Of a stretch of 64,000 nucleotides of DNA, positions 49,101-57,713 are shown in pieces. The DNA is from Eutreptiella sp. 'Long Island Sound 2002'. Lineage: Eukaryota; Protista; Euglenida. The notes beneath the pieces are model-generated. The model made no database searches, had not been told where the DNA came from, and saw only the letters and a program-made list of their open reading frames with translations. The stretch is taken from NCBI GenBank assembly GCA_964036045.1, contig OZ038378.1, positions 55,118,001 to 55,182,000 on the forward strand, read 5' to 3'. Each line of letters begins with the position of its first letter. Position 1 is the first letter of the stretch. Position numbers and translations under genes: made by a program.

Positions 49101-52100
49101 AGGCCTACCCATGATATCTAGAGAAAAGTTCCCACCCACTGTTGGCTTACCCCTGCTAGACAGACTTTCGACGTTTTGGTGAGGGCACCCAAAATCTTAA
49201 AAAATAGTAGGCAGACCCTGCTGCCCTTGGTAGAGTACCCGGGCCTCTAAAAATTGATCAACTACCCGTGTAATAGCTACAAAAATACAACTTCAAATGG
49301 CTGGGGCACTCCATGGTGTTGAAAAACACCGTGTTCAACACAAAGTGTGCTAGTCTTCATGGGAACGGCATTAAGGGCCCTCTCAAAAGTCGGAGTATGA
49401 GGAAGCCTCAAACTCCCGGAACGAGGGTGGTGGTGTTGGTGACCATTGTAAAGATGGGGCATCCCACCCACTATCACCCCAACGGTCCGTTACGCCTGCT
49501 GCATGTCTTCGCGTGAGTCTTGCAAGGGTGGGACATGGTATTATACACTATTGTCCCACAGTATTTGGCTGCAACCTGGGCAAGAGCCATCAGTTTTGAA
49601 TGGGCAACCACAAGGAGCACAGTGCAATCATCCCTTTGTGCCCCGCGTGCAGCATCTAAAGGGCACAAGCAACCCTCACAACGTTGAAACGTAGGCATGT
49701 AGTGCATCTGCACATGATAGCAAACATGGCGCACTCAATGCATACTAGTATGCTACGAGAGGCCAAAGTGTTTAACATAGTTATAGTAGCACGGCACAAT
49801 TTCTACACCATTTCTCCAACACACAGCAACAATGGCGGCACCATGGCTTGTGCGGTGTGCATTTTCACATGTGCATCCACCTGTCAGTGAAGCACAAAGG
49901 GAACGGGGGGCACATGCATGCACTCCTCCCCAAACTTCAGGCAAAAGTTGATGCACTCACTCTGGCAACACGGAACTGGGCTGCTACTGATCTGGAGGCA
50001 AAAGCTAGACAGCTACTGTTGGGCTTGCAAGTAGTTTTCAAGGAATACTGCCCTACTGCTTTTAGCATTGGTGTCCTCGTTCAGGATTGCGATTGGGTTG
50101 GTAGAGACCCTAGCTGTAGGAAGAATGCCTTGGCAGTGTTGAAGGCCTGCTTGCGGGTCATGCTTGCCATTGTGGGTGCTGAGTGGGAGAATTTGTAGTA
50201 CATCATGAGTTGGTGTGTGATTTGTTTACCTGGCAACGGTGGCATTCACGGACACCAGGCTGCATTCACGGCTAGGAATATGGGGAGACAACGTTGAGCA
50301 GCCCGTGTGCCCAATGCCAAGTCAAGAGTACTATAACATCCCTACGCGGCACTTCGGAGGTCTTTGTAACTTTGGCCAAGACAAAGAGAGGAACAAAACA
50401 CCTACGGTTCTCACTAACAGACTAATGTGTGCAGAGGTATGGGTCCAACTTGAGGAAATCTATTTTCAACGTTTCCGTGGGAAACCTACCCATTGTCTGA
50501 TGGCAACCCCCACCCCTTCGCATTGTGGAAGTCGTGGCCCTTCATACTATTGATGCCCTTGTTTTTCTCGGTACCTTTGTGCCTGTTCCATCACGAACCT
50601 CCCTATTTGCTGTTTTTCACAAAGATGTTCGGACTCTCCTATGCAGGAACCCCCCTAGCAATGATCTTCTGCAATTACTACAACAAACAGTGTCACCATC
50701 TCCAATCGAGGGGGTAGTATTTGGTACTTCAGGTAGTCTAACCCTGGGAGCATGTGGCTTAGGTGGCGGCATTGGGGCGGGCTTGGGGGGCTTGGGACGG
50801 GGCTTTGGGACGGGGGCGGGAACGTTGGCGCGGGGCCAAGGGGGTTGGGGGCTGCTTGTGGAACACGCTTGGGCACCCTATTTGGTTTCGGTTTGGGTCT
50901 AGATTTCGGTTTTGCTCGCCTGGTGATTTCCCGGACTCGTTGAATCGCAGCATTGCGATGTTGATCTCTTGGTATCGGCATGATCTACCTTAGGGGGCTG
51001 CATAGAGGTTGAGACCACACTAATACATGTGTCGTTGCTATTGTTTGAGGACCTCGCCCTTTGCAAAAGGTAGGACAGTTCATTTTCGGAGTGAAAAGGG
51101 GGGGCAATGGTCCTCGATATTTGTGTGTTTGTTACGCATGGTCCTTTTCACCGGATCCGGCGAAACAGCTGGCCAGGGTTTTTCATATATGTTTTACTTG
51201 CTAGGTTTCGGCGAGGATGATTGAAACCATACCTTTCTGCCATGCACCTCAGCATGTATGTTCATGAACAATCTTCAAACCATTTGCTGCCCAACTTCCC
51301 CACAATCTTGTACTAGTATTGAACCTAGGAACATCACAATTACATTTTATCGCGATAGATACTTTAGCCGGATCCGGCCAAAGTCTGATCTGTAAGGTTT
51401 TTGAATGTTTCATCATTCCTATGGATACATCATAATTCTCAACATCGCTCAACATTAACTTTTTGTGAAGCACCCCTCAATCTAATTTTCTGCGCAATGT
51501 TTGACCCCTTACTTTTGAAAAACCTGTCCGGCGAAACATTCGGTGAAGCCAAAAACCGACCCTCCAACAAGCATAAGGCATCTCTTGAGCTTGGCTGTAC
51601 ACATTGACGCCCCCAAGGACCACTCTCTCACAAGCAAGCAAACATGACAGACTGGGGGCCATAATTAACTGGCCCAACGAGACAAAAGACCCAAAGCAAA
51701 GCACAGCAAACTAGAGACGAAGAGAGAGCACCCTGTCCCATCCATCCCCACAAATAACTGTCATTTCAATAAAGGGGGGGGGCCAATTCCATGACAAAAA
51801 CGGTGTCAACGTCACTGTCACTGTCACTGTCAATGTGACTGTCACTGTCACTGTGACCGTCATTGTCACTGTCACTGTCACTGTCACTGTCACTGTCACT
51901 GTGGCACGGCGTCTTAGAAAATCTAAGACGGGGCGTCTTACATTTTCTAAGACGGTGCGTCTTACATTTGTCTCACATCTGTCTTACATGCGTCTTACAA
52001 CAGTTATGCAAAGGGTGTAAAAAGGGTTGATCCTGTCGAGACGACATGCTGTTATGTGTGGTAGGGTGGGGGTGGGGTGGGACCATAAAGGATGAGTAAG

Positions 52101-55100
52101 TGTGACAGTTGGTTCGCGCACTGGTTTGATTTTTCAAGAATGGACTGTGTGCACTGTTTGCCCTAAGCCACAAGGGAAAAGTATTTTCGGTAAGTGAGAG
52201 TGGGACAGTTGTGCTTCTACTCACGAGTGCTGCTTCTGCCCCTGAGCGTCCGTCGCACGCGGCGCCGGCCATGCTCCACACAAATTCGTTCCCAAGACAG
52301 TGAAGTTTGGAGGGTGCTCACGAACACATCTGATATGGGAGATGTAACACGGGGCCTTGGATTCCCGGAGGGGGGGGGGGTGCACAGCTATTCGTCCGCT
52401 ACTACTAACCGTCCGGGCAAAGCGAAGTGCACAAGGAAGGGTCTGTTCCACCTTGCTGTGATCCTGCAGATTCAATCATATCCCTGTGCATGTTTGGGCC
52501 CACAACATATAGTCAGTTGCGTGTAATTATTTCCATTTGCGATTGGTTCCGCCAGGCCAGTCCGGGGGGGGGGGGGGGATGTTGGTTCCACTGAGGCAGT
52601 CTGGGGCAACAGACAGGTACCGAATCGAGCCTTGGCTGAAAGGGACCTCACTTGATCGTTCTTATCTAGATACTGGCAAATGCACAGGAGTCAGGACATG
52701 GTCCAGATTCCACTGTGTGACCCCAACAGCGGTAGCGGATACGCAGCCGTGATTCTATGGTGTTGCCTTCATACTGCAGGGGACACATCCACACACCCAC
52801 ACCCACATCCACACCCACACCCCCACGCCTCACCGACACGCACACGCACACCCACACCCACACCCACACCCACACCTGCACCCTCCGCCCCCAGCCCTCG
52901 GTCGTGCTTCTGCAGGGCAATTGCAAGGTCTCTGCATCCGCGGGTGTGGCAAAGTTTTATGGGATGGCTGTCATGGAGGCGCCGGAGGGGCTGTTGCTTA
53001 CCGCCACGTCCCCTGGGCTGGCTCCTTCGCCAGGCGTTCCCTTGACCGGTGGAGATGCCGTGGATTTCTGCCCCATGAAGCTTGTTGCCTCTGCGTTGCA
53101 TATCGGGGCTCCTCTCACTGGAAATGAGAAGGTGGGGCAGCCGATCGTATTTGAGGTTGCTTCCCATCCATATCACATTGTGGGCCCTGGCCATCTGCCA
53201 CTGTGTGTCCCTGACACGTGCGCCTCTGCTGCACTGTGTGCTTCCCAATGTCTGTGCCCCATCACCCACTTCACTGCCTTGCATGCTGCTCCCTCTGTGT
53301 GCGTAATCAGCGCACCACATTAGCCCGCCCCCCCCCCTCCTGCTATAACAACCCCATGTCAGAACAACACCAAGTGTTGTTTGAGTTAAATTTTGGAATC
53401 TTTTGTGTTGCTCTCGTATACTGCCCATCGCGTGTGCCTCGCTACGGGCCATCGAATTCTGTGGTACTGCACTGTGTAGTGTGTGATGCACTGCAATCCG
53501 CAGCAGGCAACACGTGTGGCCACCACGGTGCACGGTCCTGCCGACAGCGTGTGCCACATCGCTGAATGATGTCCTGCCCAAGACGCTGACCTCAGCAGTG
53601 CGCCATGTCCCGCGAGACATATGTGCCGCACTGCAGTGCGTCCAACACAGCACGATGTGTTGCCGGACACATGTCCACAAACATGTGTGCCGTACACACT
53701 GCACAGCATGTGTGCTCCATCACCGCATTGCGTGCTGCCTGCCCCATCACTGAGTACGTCACCCCCAACGGTGGCTCCACCTGTTTTGTAACCGCCACCT
53801 TCTGCTCCTTCAGTGCTTTCTCAGCGGTGGCCAAACAGGTTTACTAGCGGTTGCTGCACGACCACATGGTCTTCCTCTCCTTCAGGTGCCGGCCTGGGAA
53901 GGGGTTTTTCCCAATGTGTGTCCCCTTGCACTGCACACTGCACGACATGTGTGCACCACTGCTGTATCACGTAGTGGCCCCAACTGCGTGCGTCAGGTCA
54001 AGATTGTTGATGACGAGGGCAACCTCGTGTCTGACGCCGAACCAGTCATCATGCTGCAGCTCGCCAGAGGCAAGGGCAATCTGGGAGGCACGCTCAAGGC
54101 CACCGCTGTGAACGGCGTGGCACGCTTCGAGGACGTGACATATGACCGGCGCGACCCGTTCACCGTGACCGCAGTCTCGGACGGGCTCAAGCCTTCCACA
54201 TTCCCTGAGGCAATCACCCTCAAGCCCAAGGACGATTTTGTGGTGACCGACGCCGGGTCGGTCGCGGACGAGGTGCCTTCTGTGCCCGCCCCTCCCCCTT
54301 CTGTGCCCTCGTATCTTTCCGCTGGCATACGTGCGGCCTCCACACCCTGCGTGCTCGGTCCCAGCAACGGAGCCCCCCGCATGCCCACCGAGTGGGGGCG
54401 TCCTTGTACGCGACCCCCATCCCTCCCTGCCATCGCTCCAACCCCCTTTGAAAAATTGTGCCCCCGCCCCGACTAGTTACGCAACTAAAGGCCGATGGTG
54501 CCGCAGGAAGAAACGGTTGCTGAACACCATTGATTTGGAACATGTTTGTAGTTCAATGGTCCTTTTTTTTGTGTCCCCTGGTTGCTTCTTGGTCAATGTG
54601 CAGAAGGTTGGTGATAGTCGCTGCGTGTTGTGTCCTCTTCAAGGCTGCCAATCCCAGTGGCCCCCCTCATCCTCGCCCCCCTCCCCCCCCTTGTGGTAGG
54701 TGTCTGTGTTAAACTGGGTAAGTCTACCAAAGGTTCCACCTACGCCTGCGCTTAGCTCACCTGAATTAGGCTTGACCCCCCCTTCCCCTCCTTCAAGAAC
54801 TGTAGTTCCTGGGGAAGGGAAGTTCTGCGCATAGGCCTGTCCTGACGCTTCTTGTATGTATAACCCTCTGTCAGCCCTTTTTTGTTTTCAAATACTTCTG
54901 TGCTGCAAATGCGTCAATACTGTGGCTTGTTTAGTGTGTTGCTGGGAAGGACTGGCTGTGCAGAATCCCGCCCCTGGATGCACAGGCAAGGGCCTATGGA
55001 GGCAGGTGTCAGGCTCGAGACACGGCGGCAGGAGGACCAAGGCAGGGAATTGCATGAAGGGGGGAAGTAGGCCTCCCCACCCTCCCAACACCGTCACCCT

Positions 55101-57670
55101 CTACATCCAACTGGCCGTGATCTCCACCCAAACCACTGTCAACAGCTTTTGTAACTGCCAATACCAACAGCTATTTGGGGGGGGGGGGGGGATGGTTGCG
55201 GCAGGGTCTACAGTCCATCGCAGCTCCGGGGAGGGGTCTGGTGTGCTTTGGGGGGGGGGGGGGGCGGAAAGACCCAATTATTCCCATTGGCATTGGTTCA
55301 GAACAGGTTTTTGCAGAAAAATGGGGCTGAACCAGCGAGGGTATATCATACCCGGAGCCGCTTGACGGTCATACGGTTTTTCGGTCCTTTGACAGCTCCT
55401 GGCAACTATTTGGGAGAAGCGGCGGCGAGGAAGCTGACCACGAAGACAGGCGGACCGGTTCTGTGCCCGTGGTTTACTCCGAGGAGGGGGGCCCTTTGAG
55501 CCTGTTTCCCAGACCTGCTGTCCAAAAGAGCTGGGCAACCATAAGCATTGCAAGCATGTGGGACGTCTGAAATTGCTGAAAAAAGTGATTTTACAAAAAA
55601 TGTGGGCCAAAGCCCCCCCTCTGGCTTGTGGTTGTACCGGGTGCACCTACCGGCTTCGCCCCCATGGAATAACCCCCCTACAAGTGCCCTGCACGACCCC
55701 AGGATGCGGAAGAGGAGGAGGAGGCGGAGCCGATGGTGGTGTCCGTCGTGCCGCTCGAGTCGGCCGTGCAGCGCGGCAAGCCCTTCGCTGTCGATGTGGA
55801 GTTGCGCGACAAGGAGGGCAACCTTCTGACCGATGCCACACCAACGGTGACGGTAAAGGCGGTGAAGCCCGATGGCACCCTCGTAGAGTTGTTTGGCAAG
55901 GTGTCTTAGCTCCGCCTCCTTGCGGGGCCCCTTCCTCCAGCACCCCGCACCCCCCGTGACTCATCCCCTGTGTGGTCCCACGTCCTGTGTATCTCTGCTG
56001 GAACAATGCGATGGCATTTGGAGGGGAAAGCGACCCCAAACAGCAAGTATCCGCGAATATTGATGGTGACGGAGCACCTGCACGAAGTGCGTGGGGTGCA
56101 CTATGCGCGAGTGTTTCGGCATTACTGTGCGTGCTGTGCCCAGGGCTCCCTTTAACAAGTCAGCACCACTGAGGGTGGGGGGGGGTCCCAAACCACCCCC
56201 CCCTCCTCTTGAGTGATTGGGCCAAATTGCTCTCCGGGCCTTCGGACAATCAAATTTTCTCTGGCGCTTTCGGCGCCAATTAGTTTAGGCTCAAAAATTT
56301 CTTCGGCGCGTTTGGCGCCTCCAAAAGTTCAGCACCGCTGGGGGGACGGGGGCTGGACCCCCTTCCCCCCTTTTAAAGGAGCCCTGGCTGTACCCACACA
56401 ATTGCCCCACTGCCGTGTCACGCTCAGCAGGACCGAGGCCCCTTGTTCAAGGGTCAATGAGACATGTTTACAATTTACTGCGCGAGCGCCGGAAACTTCC
56501 GACAGGCAGCAGCCCACGATGTGCACAGGACACTCCATGAAATCCCTCCTGTCAAGTGAGCCTGTGGAGCCCGGAAGCAAAAGTTCACAGGAACTACTGA
56601 TGACAATCCTGCTGCCGCCGCTGCCGCTGCCGCTGCCGAGAGAAGGGCGGTCAACTGCCCCCAGAGTGTTATGTCAGGCTGTGGAGGGGCGACACCCGCG
56701 CCCAGCTCCGGGACGTTGCTGCCCGCAGTGGACCACCAGCCGCCTGTCACCAGCCGCCGGCGGTTAGTTCGGGGTTAGCGCGCCCACTGCCGTGCGTTGA
56801 CCGTTAACCGCCGTCGGTTAACTGCCATCGTCAAGCGTTCTTCAGGGGACGAAAATTTTACAAAAAAGGAAGCAAAACTACACTGAACCCCCCCACCCAC
56901 CCCCAATGCACTGTCCTCAGAAGCCTTTCTTTTGGAACAGCCCGGGTCCCGACGAGCATGTTCCCTCCTGTGCCCCTGCCCCTGACGAGGAACGCCAATC
57001 AAACGCGGTACGTTGCAGCCAACAGCATCACATTGGGACACAGAGGACACGATCTGGGCCTGTGGGCGGGGTGGGGGGTGGGCAAGGGGGTTGGTGTGTC
57101 GGGTACTAACAGCAGACTACTGTCAGTTCCAGTTCAACTGAGCCAAAGGCTGCCCCGCGTCCGTATCCCGTGTCGTCCCCCGCAGCCTCTCTGCCTCTGC
57201 CCCATCCGCAGACGAAGGCGAAGGTGGAGGATGGGCGGGCGCATTTCGAGGGCCTGACGCTGCAGACGTTGCTCTTGGACGATGTGTTCCTCGTCGCCAC
57301 GGGTTCGGGCCTCGAATCCGGCCGTGGGGTCCCGGTGCTTGGCGGGCCGCCCCCGCTGCTGCCGGAGGAGCGCGTCCCCGCACAGCTGGAGATCAAGGCG
57401 CCCAGAGAAATCGAGCTCGGCAGCAAAATGCAAGTCGAAGTCAAGGTACGGGGCTCTTTGCGTGCCAGCCAGCCTCCCGGGGTTGCCATACCCAATTTGC
57501 CAAGCCTGGGGCACTGAGGGGGGAGGGGATTCTACAAGGGGGACATTCTGATGGACAATTTCTGTACGAGTATTTTGTAATGTGTTCGGCCCTTTTAGGG
57601 ATTTGTGCTGCATTTTTTCACAAGTGCTCCGCCACAGGTCCAAACACACCTACATACACGCTCCTGCGCG

Positions 57671-57713
<43 letters not shown>

